Shown piece after piece: positions 28,944 to 37,576 of a DNA stretch of 64,000 nucleotides (positions are counted from its first letter, which is position 1; every line of letters starts with the position of its first letter). The DNA lies in contig OZ271918.1 of NCBI GenBank assembly GCA_965602015.1, positions 3,424,001-3,488,000 of the forward strand, read 5' to 3'. The notes beneath the pieces are model-generated. The model was not told where the DNA came from and searched no databases. It saw only the letters and a program-made list of their open reading frames with translations. The position numbers and the translations under genes are program-made. Source of the stretch: Salinispira sp. GTDB taxonomy: Bacteria; Spirochaetota; Spirochaetia; DSM-27196; Salinispiraceae.

Positions 28944-29056
28944 GCATAACAACCGCTTGAGCGGCGAGCCGTAATTGGCGTGGAGTTTGCCCGCCGCCAG
29001 GCGGATCAGCAAACTCCATGACAATAGGCGAGTCCGTCTCGAAGCGCTTGTTATGT
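28944..29056 (-). repeat. attC site (cassette 4)
   Basis: GCATAAC...GTTATGT palindrome. Confidence 0.92.
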
Positions 29057-29066
29057 AGCCCACTAT

Positions 29067-29348
29067 TTATAGACTATTCGATTCATTTTCTCTTTTTTCA
29101 TTTTTTCTTTTTATAATTTTATAAATCAGAAATACCGAAATGAAACCCATAAAAAGGGTATATATAAATCCAATTGACACAAATACACTTGCCCATAATT
29201 CAGTTTCTAATTTTGTAGAATCAGCCGTATTAAAAATAAAAAACATAATTCCAGCAAACGAGAAGAAACCTATAATCAACCCGGGGATGAATTTTAACAT
29301 CAAAATTTGAATTTTCTTTCCAATTTTTTTAAAGCTCAATATTGGCAT
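29067..29348 (-). CDS. Cassette 4: small membrane protein
   Basis: 93 aa, two TM-like segments; overlaps HD gene stop. Confidence 0.6.
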   Translation of the reverse strand: MPILSFKKIGKKIQILMLKFIPGLIIGFFSFAGIMFFIFNTADSTKLETELWASVFVSIGFIYTLFMGFISVFLIYKIIKRKNEKRENESNSL

Positions 29349-29937
29349 TTGTCGTTCTCTCTGTTTTTTCTGAATATAAAAAATCTAAATTAGTCTTAGT
29401 TTTCTGCTTAAAATAAGAAAGCAGTTCGTATTTCTTTTCTAAATTTTGTATGAATTGCTTAGATGGAGATTTTACTCTGGATAAAACATCCTCGATTCGA
29501 TCTTCGATTTTACAGAGTCGGTCTGGAAGTCCCAAGAAATCACAGAGCTGAATTAACTTATCATAATCATTATAATTATATTTCTGAAGTAGCGTTTCTA
29601 CCGTTGATAATTCCGATTCAGTGTAATCATTATAATCTTGGTATATGGAAATGTCTTTTAGCGTATAGCAATGAGTTATACATATTCTTGCATGGTTATT
29701 ATGACCTTGCGCCAACATGAAATAATATCCGTCAATTGCATGCCTTATTTTATATATTCCTTTCCGTCTTCCAATATCGTGGAGTAATCCATAGGTATAG
29801 GCTAAATCAGAATCTAAATTTGCGGCAGATGCAATTTTTTCAGCTGCTATTGCAACATTATACGAGTGACCAACCCATTTCCCAGGATTCAATTTTCCCG
29901 CTTCTGTTATATAAGCTTCTGCTCTGCTTCTATTCAT
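29329..29937 (-). CDS. Cassette 4: HD-domain phosphohydrolase
   Basis: HSYNVA..GLLHDIGR..H..LCD. Confidence 0.85.
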   Translation of the reverse strand: MNRSRAEAYITEAGKLNPGKWVGHSYNVAIAAEKIASAANLDSDLAYTYGLLHDIGRRKGIYKIRHAIDGYYFMLAQGHNNHARICITHCYTLKDISIYQDYNDYTESELSTVETLLQKYNYNDYDKLIQLCDFLGLPDRLCKIEDRIEDVLSRVKSPSKQFIQNLEKKYELLSYFKQKTKTNLDFLYSEKTERTTNANIEL

Positions 29938-29954
29938 ATTTTCTTCCGGGGTCT

Positions 29955-30071
29955 ACATAACAACCACTTAACCTGTGAGCCGTACATTGGCGTGGAGTTT
30001 GCCCTGCCCTTCAGGGCAGGAACAGCAAAATCCATGACAATAGGCGAATCAGGTTGAAGTGCTTGTTAAAT
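29955..30071 (-). repeat. attC site (cassette 3)
   Basis: ACATAAC...GTTAAAT palindrome. Confidence 0.92.
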
Positions 30072-30078
30072 GCCCATT

Positions 30079-30507
30079 TCATTTCCCAATTATATTTTCA
30101 ATCTCTTCAAGAAATTGATTTGTTAAGGATGGAATCTTCTTAATAATCGATTCGATCGAATCTTTTTTGAGTTCAAACGCATATGCATGCCTGACAAAAT
30201 GATGGAAGCTGAGAAAAGATTTAAGTTCGTCAAAGATCTTATCAGATATGATCTGATTGTCTTTAGATGATTTCAATAAGTTCAGATGCCAAGAATCGTC
30301 TTTGGCAATCAGAATCTGTTTGGATTCCAATACAAATCGAAGAATTTTCTCTATTCCGTTATAGATTGCAGTTGTTGTAAGAGCCAATCCGCGAATTTCA
30401 ATTTCATCTAGTTCTTTATTTTCTATTTTCTTTGCATACAACTCGATAAATGACTTTTCTTCATCGATATTCTGAATTTCAATCTGTATTTTTTGGATAG
30501 GATCCAT
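30079..30507 (-). CDS. Cassette 3: HEPN (HepT-like) toxin, variant motif
   Basis: IYNGIEKI; HHFVRH in place of RX4H. Confidence 0.82.
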   Translation of the reverse strand: MDPIQKIQIEIQNIDEEKSFIELYAKKIENKELDEIEIRGLALTTTAIYNGIEKILRFVLESKQILIAKDDSWHLNLLKSSKDNQIISDKIFDELKSFLSFHHFVRHAYAFELKKDSIESIIKKIPSLTNQFLEEIENIIGK

Positions 30508-30804
30508 CTATGCCACCCGGAGAATTTCATCGGATTGTAGCAATATTCTGCCGAATTTTTCCTGAAGTTGCAGATCGACAAGATCGATTTGATGTTCGAG
30601 CAAGAACATCAATTCTCCATAAACTTCAAAAAATTTTTCAGCGGGTATTCCCTTCACGGCTATATCGAGATCTGATTTTTCGTTTGCTTTTCCAGTTACG
30701 GCAGATCCAAAAATATAAATTTCTGAGCAACCGATGTCTTTTAAATAGGAAATTGCTTTTTCAACATCAGTTGCATATCTGGAATCCAATTTTAATTCGG
30801 TCAT
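30508..30804 (-). CDS. Cassette 3: MNT antitoxin
   Basis: FGSAVTGKANEKSDLD. Confidence 0.88.
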   Translation of the reverse strand: MTELKLDSRYATDVEKAISYLKDIGCSEIYIFGSAVTGKANEKSDLDIAVKGIPAEKFFEVYGELMFLLEHQIDLVDLQLQEKFGRILLQSDEILRVA

Positions 30805-30902
30805 ATAATGATATTATATATTGTAGAGATTCAGTACTCAACGAGTTTTTCTGTTACTCATTCCAGGAACATGAAAAAGACGGTTATTTTCTTTTTTGGT
30901 GC

Positions 30903-31015
30903 ATTTAACAACCACTTGAGCGGCACACCGTCAATTGGCATGCGTTTTTGCCCGAGCGTAGCGAGAAGCAAAAACCATGACAATAGGTGTGTCCGTCTCG
31001 AAGTGCTTGTTATGT
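30903..31015 (-). repeat. attC site (cassette 2)
   Basis: ATTTAAC...GTTATGT palindrome. Confidence 0.92.
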
Positions 31016-31030
31016 GGCGGTATCAATCGG

Positions 31031-31330
31031 TTAGTCATTCGCCAAATACCTTGGGAAGCCATGCCAACCAGTACTCATTATAAAAGTTTTATCGTTTATG
31101 CTGATTCTATATTCTACTTGGAGCTGTTTTGAAAGTGGACCAGTATTTTCATAAAAGAGCTTTCTCACCTTTGCATTCATTCCATAAATCAAAGAAAGAT
31201 CATTTGCGATATGTCCATCAGAAACCAATTGGAGAAATATTTTTCTTTTGAGTCGTGAATTAAAATAAAGGACGAATATAAACAGAACTATGAAAAATGT
31301 GACTACTTGAAAAATCATATCATTATTCAT
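31031..31330 (-). CDS. Cassette 2: small protein with N-terminal TM segment
   Basis: 99 aa ORF with AAGGG RBS. Confidence 0.55.
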   Translation of the reverse strand: MNNDMIFQVVTFFIVLFIFVLYFNSRLKRKIFLQLVSDGHIANDLSLIYGMNAKVRKLFYENTGPLSKQLQVEYRISINDKTFIMSTGWHGFPRYLAND

Positions 31331-31377
31331 GTCATTCCCTTGTTATAAATTTACAGCATTCAATTATAAAACTAAGT

Positions 31378-31944
31378 CTATTTTGTTTCTATAAGTGAAT
31401 ATATATAGTAATTATAAAATTTTCCCTCGATCATAAAGTGATCCCGCAACTCTGCGTCTCGTAAAAACCCTGCGGATTCTAGAATTTTCTGAGATGGTAT
31501 ATTCAGTTCACTTGTCCACGCTGTAAGTTTGCGTATAGGAAGACTGTCATTAAATAACAAACGTACAAACTCGGATAATCCAAAACTACCGAAACCTTTT
31601 GCTCTATTGATTTCGGGAAAAAAATAACCAATTTCTATATTTTGATTTCGAGCGTTATAATCAAATGCTTCAAACTTACCCAAACATTCAGAGGGGTTGG
31701 ATGTATCGATAAGGCTTTTTAAGAATACATTAGGAATAGATTTTTGCTTATTTTTCTTCAACAACCACTGTTCATACTCTGGGATTTCCTTAACTAGTCT
31801 ACAGGAATAGTTTTCACGATTTGGCTCTTTAAGCATCCATTCATGCATTTGTAATAAATGCCCTTCTGTGGGTTCAATTAATTTCAAGTACATATTGACA
31901 TTCCCAAAACCATCGTTTCTGCTTAAATCAAAGTTTACGTCCAC
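31378..31944 (-). CDS. Cassette 2: GNAT (RimJ/RimL-like) acetyltransferase
   Basis: EIGY..RAKGFG..NIPSQKILESAGF; start may be the later ATG (MYLKL). Confidence 0.85.
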   Translation of the reverse strand: MDVNFDLSRNDGFGNVNMYLKLIEPTEGHLLQMHEWMLKEPNRENYSCRLVKEIPEYEQWLLKKNKQKSIPNVFLKSLIDTSNPSECLGKFEAFDYNARNQNIEIGYFFPEINRAKGFGSFGLSEFVRLLFNDSLPIRKLTAWTSELNIPSQKILESAGFLRDAELRDHFMIEGKFYNYYIYSLIETK

Positions 31945-32059
31945 ATAACAACCACTTAACCTGTGAGCCGTACGTTGGCATGGAGTTTGCCCTGCCCTTC
32001 AGGGCAGGACAAGCAAACTCCATGCCAATAGGCGAATCAGGCTGAAGTGCTTGTTATGT
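31943..32059 (-). repeat. attC site (cassette 1)
   Basis: Same as 16645-16761 apart from the R' extension. Confidence 0.92.
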
Positions 32060-32122
32060 AGCTCCTTTTTCATCAGCGCAACCTGTACTACTGACTTTTT
32101 TTATTTCTGCTAATGGCAGCGC

Positions 32123-32677
32123 TTATAAGTTAGTCAAATAATTCTCATTTTGGTTCTTAATTAAGTAATTGAGTACACTAGTTTCCCTTATGATCCAAGG
32201 GAAGTTTCGATTTGCCCCCGGTTTCATTAGGGTTTTATTTTTCTGAAATGCATAGTTTGGTGATACCCATACAGGCACGATTTGGTACTCTTGTTCCATC
32301 TTTGTCAGATTAACTTCATCGAATTTATCCATATATACTGTGCTCACATAGAAGTAAGAAATCATATGAAAATAATCATACTCCGGCAGAAACGATGTTC
32401 TAAATTCCTCGGTGATTAACGCTAAATCGCGAATTTCCTCTATCCTATATCCCGTCTCTTCATTTATTTCACGAATCAATGTCATTTCATTTGTTTCGCC
32501 TGATTCTTGGCCGCCACCAGGGAAACTGTATTCGCCAAATTTATTTGACTTGATTAAAAGCAATTTTGAATCAGATTTATCGAATATGATTCCACGGATG
32601 CTTTTGTATGATGCTATTTTAATTTTCGAGTCATTCGGATCAGGGAAATCTACTTCCAAAAATGATAGTTTTTCCAC
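32123..32677 (-). CDS. Cassette 1: NUDIX hydrolase
   Basis: Identical protein to 16825-17379. Confidence 0.9.
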   Translation of the reverse strand: MEKLSFLEVDFPDPNDSKIKIASYKSIRGIIFDKSDSKLLLIKSNKFGEYSFPGGGQESGETNEMTLIREINEETGYRIEEIRDLALITEEFRTSFLPEYDYFHMISYFYVSTVYMDKFDEVNLTKMEQEYQIVPVWVSPNYAFQKNKTLMKPGANRNFPWIIRETSVLNYLIKNQNENYLTNL

Positions 32678-32694
32678 TAAGTCTCCCTGAGTCT

Positions 32695-32745
32695 ACATAA
32701 CAACCCACTTAAGCTTAAAACCATTGTTATTAGAATTGTATCATA
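32695..32745 (-). promoter_or_regulatory. Candidate attI site and Pc promoter
   Basis: First GTTATGT core (G at 32701) has no long attC hairpin; extended -10 TGATACAAT at 32743-32735. Confidence 0.55.
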
Positions 32746-32902
32746 ACTCTGAAAGCTGAGAAAATGTAGATAAGTCTTGGCAGATATTTGGTTTTCTACT
32801 TAAGTGCATCATAGAGATCGACAGAAAAAAAACTCACCGACCGGAAGGGATTTATATTGACCAGCAGTCTTCTTTTCAACACGTGAAGTTTACGCCTCCG
32901 GC

Positions 32903-34144
32903 CTATCCCTCCCTCAATGCTTCCACGGGCTTTATCCTGCTGACCTTCCTTGCCGGCAGATAACTGGCCAGGGAGCTAATGAGCGAGGCGAACAGGAAAA
33001 CATAGAGCAGGGTTCCCGGGCTTACCAGGATGTGAAGGCGGGTTGAAAACTCCTCCCCGAATTCGCTCATGAAGGAATCGTAGAGGGGAATGCCGTTTCT
33101 CATGACGGGGATCGAAAGGACATAACCGAGCAGAGTTCCCGCAAGGGCGCCGATTATCCCTAGCATGGTCGCCTCGGTGAAAAATAGCCGGACGATTTGA
33201 CCGGGCTCCATTCCAAGGGCGCCCAGGGTTCCGATTTCCCGCTGGCGCTCGTAGACCGTCATAATCGTCGTGTTGATAATCACCGTACTGCCCAAAAGGA
33301 AAAAAATCGCCGCCATTACGCCGTAAATGATGTCCGCGAACACAATCATTGAGTAAAAGTCCGAAGCCTCGTTCCAGGGCGATATAGTCAGCTCCCCACG
33401 GTCTGACAGTTGCCGGCGCAGGTCCTCCGCCAAAACAGCCAGTTCATTTAAATCGCTGTCCTCTACGTCGCTGCGGATCAGAATCTCCATTACACCGTCG
33501 CCCGTGCGGACAATACGCTGCATCAGCTCCAGCGGTGCAAAGAACGTTTCCTGATTCATGCTAACGCCATCAAAATCCGCTATTCCGCTGACCGTCAGCG
33601 TAACGGCGTTGCTGCTTCTTCGGCGGGTTGCGAGCAAAAGGGTAATACTGTCCCCCAGCGATAGATCGAGTTTATCCGCAAGGGGCGCGGAAAACACCGC
33701 CTCACGGGCACCCGGGGTAGGAATTCTCCCCTCATTCACGAACTGTGCAAAACCGAGGAAATTTTCCTCGGCCGCGAAGTCAATCGCCATGCCGACTGCC
33801 GGAATTGTGCGGCCGTTCCGGTAGGCCATGGTCCCGAGGTGAAGCCGTGGGCTCAAGGCGATAATCCCCGGGGTACCTCTCAGAACCCTCTCCAGGGATT
33901 CAACATCTTCAACGAGGAACTCCAGGAGATTGCCCTCGCTGTCTTCATCAAAATTCTCATGACGGATTCTCAGATCTCCAGAAATATACGTCGTGAGATT
34001 TGTGCGGATGTCCTCCTTCATCCAGGCTATCAGACCCATCATAAAGACCATGACAATGGCGGTTACCGCAATGGCCGAAAGGGAGAGAATGCTTCGGCGC
34101 CGATTCCGGTGAAGATTTCTGAATGCGATGGTGGTCAGACGCAT
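32903..34144 (-). CDS. FtsX/LolE-like ABC permease
   Basis: RNLHRNRRRS, ERQREIGTLGALG, PARKVSRIKPVEAL. Confidence 0.9.
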   Translation of the reverse strand: MRLTTIAFRNLHRNRRRSILSLSAIAVTAIVMVFMMGLIAWMKEDIRTNLTTYISGDLRIRHENFDEDSEGNLLEFLVEDVESLERVLRGTPGIIALSPRLHLGTMAYRNGRTIPAVGMAIDFAAEENFLGFAQFVNEGRIPTPGAREAVFSAPLADKLDLSLGDSITLLLATRRRSSNAVTLTVSGIADFDGVSMNQETFFAPLELMQRIVRTGDGVMEILIRSDVEDSDLNELAVLAEDLRRQLSDRGELTISPWNEASDFYSMIVFADIIYGVMAAIFFLLGSTVIINTTIMTVYERQREIGTLGALGMEPGQIVRLFFTEATMLGIIGALAGTLLGYVLSIPVMRNGIPLYDSFMSEFGEEFSTRLHILVSPGTLLYVFLFASLISSLASYLPARKVSRIKPVEALREG

Positions 34145-34153
34145 AATTTCCCC

Positions 34154-35404
34154 CTATTCAAAACGCAGGCAATCGACGATGCTGCGCTTTATGGCCCGCC
34201 GTGCGGGGATAATGGCAACCAGACCGGAAACCAGAATCCCCAGAATGAGTGACAGCAGCATGGTTTCCGGATTCCACAGACCCCGGAAGACCGGGTCGAA
34301 ACGAAATCCGACGGCAACATTTCCCATAAACGCGCTGAAATCCCAGCCCCGCTCCACCAGAAGCCAATTGGTCGGCAAGGAGAACACAATGCCGAACACT
34401 CCGCCCAGAAGCCCGATTCCAGAGGCTTCAAGAACCAGTGTGAGAAGGATCTTCCTGTCATCCATCCCTATGGCTCTGAGCATGCCGATCTCCCTGAACC
34501 GTTCATAGACTGCGTTGAGCATGGTATTCGATATGCCGACCATGGCGATAATAAAAATGAAAAACGTAAAGGCCTGGGTTTCCGCATTGGCTACGGTTAC
34601 CAGCTCGCTGGTCATCGGTTCGATATCTTCCCATGATTTTGCAACCAGCTCCGGCGGGAGCAGACTCTGAATCTGATTGCGGACTTCATTCTGATCGGTT
34701 CTCGGCGGGTAGCGCAGATTTATATCGGTCACCGTCCCGTTCATTTCCAGGGCCTGATCTGCCACATCGATGGGTATAAACGCCGAGTTCATGTCCACAT
34801 AGGGGTTCGGTGTGTCGATGATTCCCGCCACCGTCAGGTCGATGGTCTGAAATGCGCCGGCACGGGTCCTGGTCTTCACGAGGATTGGAAATCCCGGTTC
34901 GGCTCCGATGCGCTCGGCAATTTCCGCGCCGAGGACGATTTCCCACCGGCCGGGGCGGAGCCATTGTCCGCGGTCCAGGGATTCAGCAACCCTAAACACC
35001 TCCGCATCCAGGAGGGGGTCGACAGCTTTGAGCACGATATTGCTGCTTCCGTTATTCGGGAAGGGATCTTCATAGAACAGCAGCTCTGCACGGAAGTGGA
35101 TGCGTGGGGCGGCGGCCGGCGCCTCGTTCGTCAGCAGCGCAAGCAGCGGGGCGGGATTCTCAATCGACTCGTCGAGGGGATAAAACTCCCGGTCCTCCCA
35201 GTATTCCCGGGTGGTTACCCTCACGGTTGAGGTTTCATACTCTACCAGGTTAAATGTCTGGTCGTAGACCATGCCCTGAACCATGGAATCCATAAAGACA
35301 TAGGCCCAAATGCCCGCGGCTATGGAAATGGCGGTAATTACCGTGCGCTTTTTATGCCGAAGCAGATTTTTCAAAACCAGGGACAGGTAAAACCGCATAC
35401 GCAC
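34154..35404 (-). CDS. FtsX/LolE-like ABC permease
   Basis: KNLLRHKKRT, ERFREIGMLRAIG, PARRA. Confidence 0.9.
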   Translation of the reverse strand: MRMRFYLSLVLKNLLRHKKRTVITAISIAAGIWAYVFMDSMVQGMVYDQTFNLVEYETSTVRVTTREYWEDREFYPLDESIENPAPLLALLTNEAPAAAPRIHFRAELLFYEDPFPNNGSSNIVLKAVDPLLDAEVFRVAESLDRGQWLRPGRWEIVLGAEIAERIGAEPGFPILVKTRTRAGAFQTIDLTVAGIIDTPNPYVDMNSAFIPIDVADQALEMNGTVTDINLRYPPRTDQNEVRNQIQSLLPPELVAKSWEDIEPMTSELVTVANAETQAFTFFIFIIAMVGISNTMLNAVYERFREIGMLRAIGMDDRKILLTLVLEASGIGLLGGVFGIVFSLPTNWLLVERGWDFSAFMGNVAVGFRFDPVFRGLWNPETMLLSLILGILVSGLVAIIPARRAIKRSIVDCLRFE

Positions 35405-35537
35405 TCCTGTACTAAACGTCTAATACAATAGTACACCTTGAGTCGCCTGAATACAAGACGCATCATCGATTTTCCGCAACTCTTGCCCGATGCTCTGTCA
35501 GGGTCTACATTACAGTATATGACAGAGGATTTGCGAA

Positions 35538-36218
35538 ATGCGACGCCATGATTGCTGTGTATTCTCCACTGATAATAAAGTTGAGGCCTCGGCAGTCCGG
35601 GATAAACTTGGAGATCGCGGCGTTGACGTTTCGGTGCGCATCGATACCCGTAGCGATCTGTTCGGCATCCGAACCATCGCCGGTCCTCAGGTCCTGCTCA
35701 GCGGTACATACCAGATCATGGTGGCGGAGACGGACCGCGATAAAGTCCTGGAAATCCTTCCGGATATTTTGGAAACCCTCGACCGGGAGAGTGAATACCT
35801 AATAAGCGACAGCCTGCCCCAGTACTTCTCACGTCCGGTACCCGCTGATGACGCGGATTTGGATCGGGACGACAGATGGTGGTTCCAACGGAGCCTTGCG
35901 CTCTCTTTGGTTCCCCTGCTGGGGTTCGGCTTTATCGCCTTCCTTCGGTATGGCCGGGGCATATCGGAGGCGAATAGAACGCTGAAACGTATCGCCCTCT
36001 TGTTTGCCCCAGCAATGCAGCTGCTGTACGCCGGTCTGCTGCTTCTTGCCAATCAGCTGCTTGGAAGACCCGGGCAGTGGTCCCTGCTGGTGGCGCTGAT
36101 TATCGGCATTCACTGCGCCACAGCGCTTATCTTCCTCTTTACACACAGGGGTGTACTGATTTCGGCCCTTGCTGCGGTACCGGGTTTGTTGATTCTGATT
36201 TTGTGGATGATTGTCTGA
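35538..36218 (+). CDS. Membrane protein with N-terminal DUF2007-like domain
   Basis: EASAVRDKL..GVDV N-terminus; hydrophobic C-terminus. Confidence 0.55.
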   Translation: MRRHDCCVFSTDNKVEASAVRDKLGDRGVDVSVRIDTRSDLFGIRTIAGPQVLLSGTYQIMVAETDRDKVLEILPDILETLDRESEYLISDSLPQYFSRPVPADDADLDRDDRWWFQRSLALSLVPLLGFGFIAFLRYGRGISEANRTLKRIALLFAPAMQLLYAGLLLLANQLLGRPGQWSLLVALIIGIHCATALIFLFTHRGVLISALAAVPGLLILILWMIV

Positions 36219-36227
36219 GGAAACAGC

Positions 36228-37109
36228 TTAGCGGCGGAGTTTGGAGGACGCCGCCAGGTCCGCCAGGCGTTGTACAAAGGTGATGTAGTGCTCTCCCAGC
36301 TCCACCGAGTGTTCCCGCGAGACGGGAAATACGCCGATTTTTCTGCTTCCGCTTATGTGCTCCGTCCTCGCTATTTCAAGCTTTCTCCGATTCCGGCCCC
36401 AGTCGACCATCCCGGCAACCCAATGAGGCGCGAGATCGAAGGCCAGGGCAAACGAATGGTCCCGGCGAATCAGAAGCGGCAATTCCGCGACGACCGCATG
36501 TCCGGATTCAAGGTTGTCGGCACCGCCGCCCAGGTCAAGAGGCCTTCCCTTGATAAGAACCTGAGAATTCCTGGCCGGCCTGAGGAAATTGCAGCCCGCG
36601 ATTACCGGCGGCCGATCCCAGGGCAGTTCGTCAAAATCCTGTGCGTCTCCCGCCGGTTCCACGACGATCCCCTGCCAGGGTTGGAACCGGTCATCGCCGG
36701 GAACAAGATCTACCGGAAGTACGCCCGCCACCGGCGTGCCCAGATACACGTCGGAATCGCCGCAGAAACTGCCCCACCCGCCGAGCATCAAAAGGGGAGC
36801 CCCCCTGTGATGGGCCGAGGCGACTGCCGAGAGAAATGCCTCGCTGCCCTCGGGGGCGCCGTAATCGCTGAGGATGATGACATCGAAGCGCAGCAAATAG
36901 TCCGGGTCGCAATACTGATTCGGGGGAATTTCTCCACTGCAGACGTAATCGATTTCCCATCCTCCGTCGTGCAGCACTGCGCACACGTAACCGGCTGCGC
37001 GGTCAATGTCGTCATCTCCCGCATAAAGACAGCGCTTTTGGGTTTCCACCGCCGGATTGTTGCTCAACAGATCGACTTCTTCGATATTGCTGCCGTATAT
37101 GCGCTTCAT
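36228..37109 (-). CDS. Glutamine amidotransferase-like (DUF1355-type) protein
   Basis: DVIILSDY, LLMLGGWGSF, LPV, APHW. Confidence 0.7.
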   Translation of the reverse strand: MKRIYGSNIEEVDLLSNNPAVETQKRCLYAGDDDIDRAAGYVCAVLHDGGWEIDYVCSGEIPPNQYCDPDYLLRFDVIILSDYGAPEGSEAFLSAVASAHHRGAPLLMLGGWGSFCGDSDVYLGTPVAGVLPVDLVPGDDRFQPWQGIVVEPAGDAQDFDELPWDRPPVIAGCNFLRPARNSQVLIKGRPLDLGGGADNLESGHAVVAELPLLIRRDHSFALAFDLAPHWVAGMVDWGRNRRKLEIARTEHISGSRKIGVFPVSREHSVELGEHYITFVQRLADLAASSKLRR

Positions 37110-37188
37110 ACTATAGATAGTAGCGTATACCCCGAGGGACTGCCACTGTTACGGCGGCGACTGGGTTTTTATACAGGGCTCACAGATT

Positions 37189-37575
37189 TCATTTGCCATT
37201 TTCCGCCTCATCGAAGAGGGCTTTCACCATGTCGAGGAACTCGCCGCGCTTGAGCCCCAGCTGACAGGAGACCTCGATAATATCCCGCAGATCTTCTTCA
37301 ATAGACTCCTTGCGCACCCTTGCGATGGTATCGCTGTCGATGCTGCGGACGAACGATCCTTTTCCAGTTACGGTGTATATGAGACCATTGCGCTCCAGCA
37401 TTTCCCAGGCTTTTTTCACCGTTATGATGCTGACCCGGAATTCCTTTGCGGTTATCCTGATCGAGGGAAGCATGCTTTCGGTTTCCAGCTCGCCTTTGAT
37501 TATCTGGGAAGCTATCTGATCGTAGAGCTGTTGATAGATGGCCTTGTTCGATTGGTAATGAATCTGTACATTGAG
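37189..37575 (-). CDS. GntR (YtrA-like) regulator, start codon unclear
   Basis: In-frame IYQQLYDQIASQII..LPSIR..VSIITVKKAW..GKGSFV; no canonical start before the conserved N-terminus. Confidence 0.75.
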   Translation of the reverse strand, partial: LNVQIHYQSNKAIYQQLYDQIASQIIKGELETESMLPSIRITAKEFRVSIITVKKAWEMLERNGLIYTVTGKGSFVRSIDSDTIARVRKESIEEDLRDIIEVSCQLGLKRGEFLDMVKALFDEAENGK

Positions 37576-37576
37576 C

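Larger units (their letters stand above)
15754..32745 (-). mobile_element. Integron gene-cassette array, 15 cassettes, no adjacent integrase (CALIN-like, with candidate attI)
   Basis: Repeated imperfect palindromes TAAC-N5-L''...L'-N5-GTT between co-oriented AT-rich ORFs; extra C in L'' on the minus strand; each cassette's leading GTT core matches its own R''. Confidence 0.95.

Noticed and set aside
16645..32059. Repeats as a CRISPR array or REP/BIME elements
   Set aside because: Units are 98-155 bp, separated by whole genes, and have attC R/L boxes; no cas genes are present.
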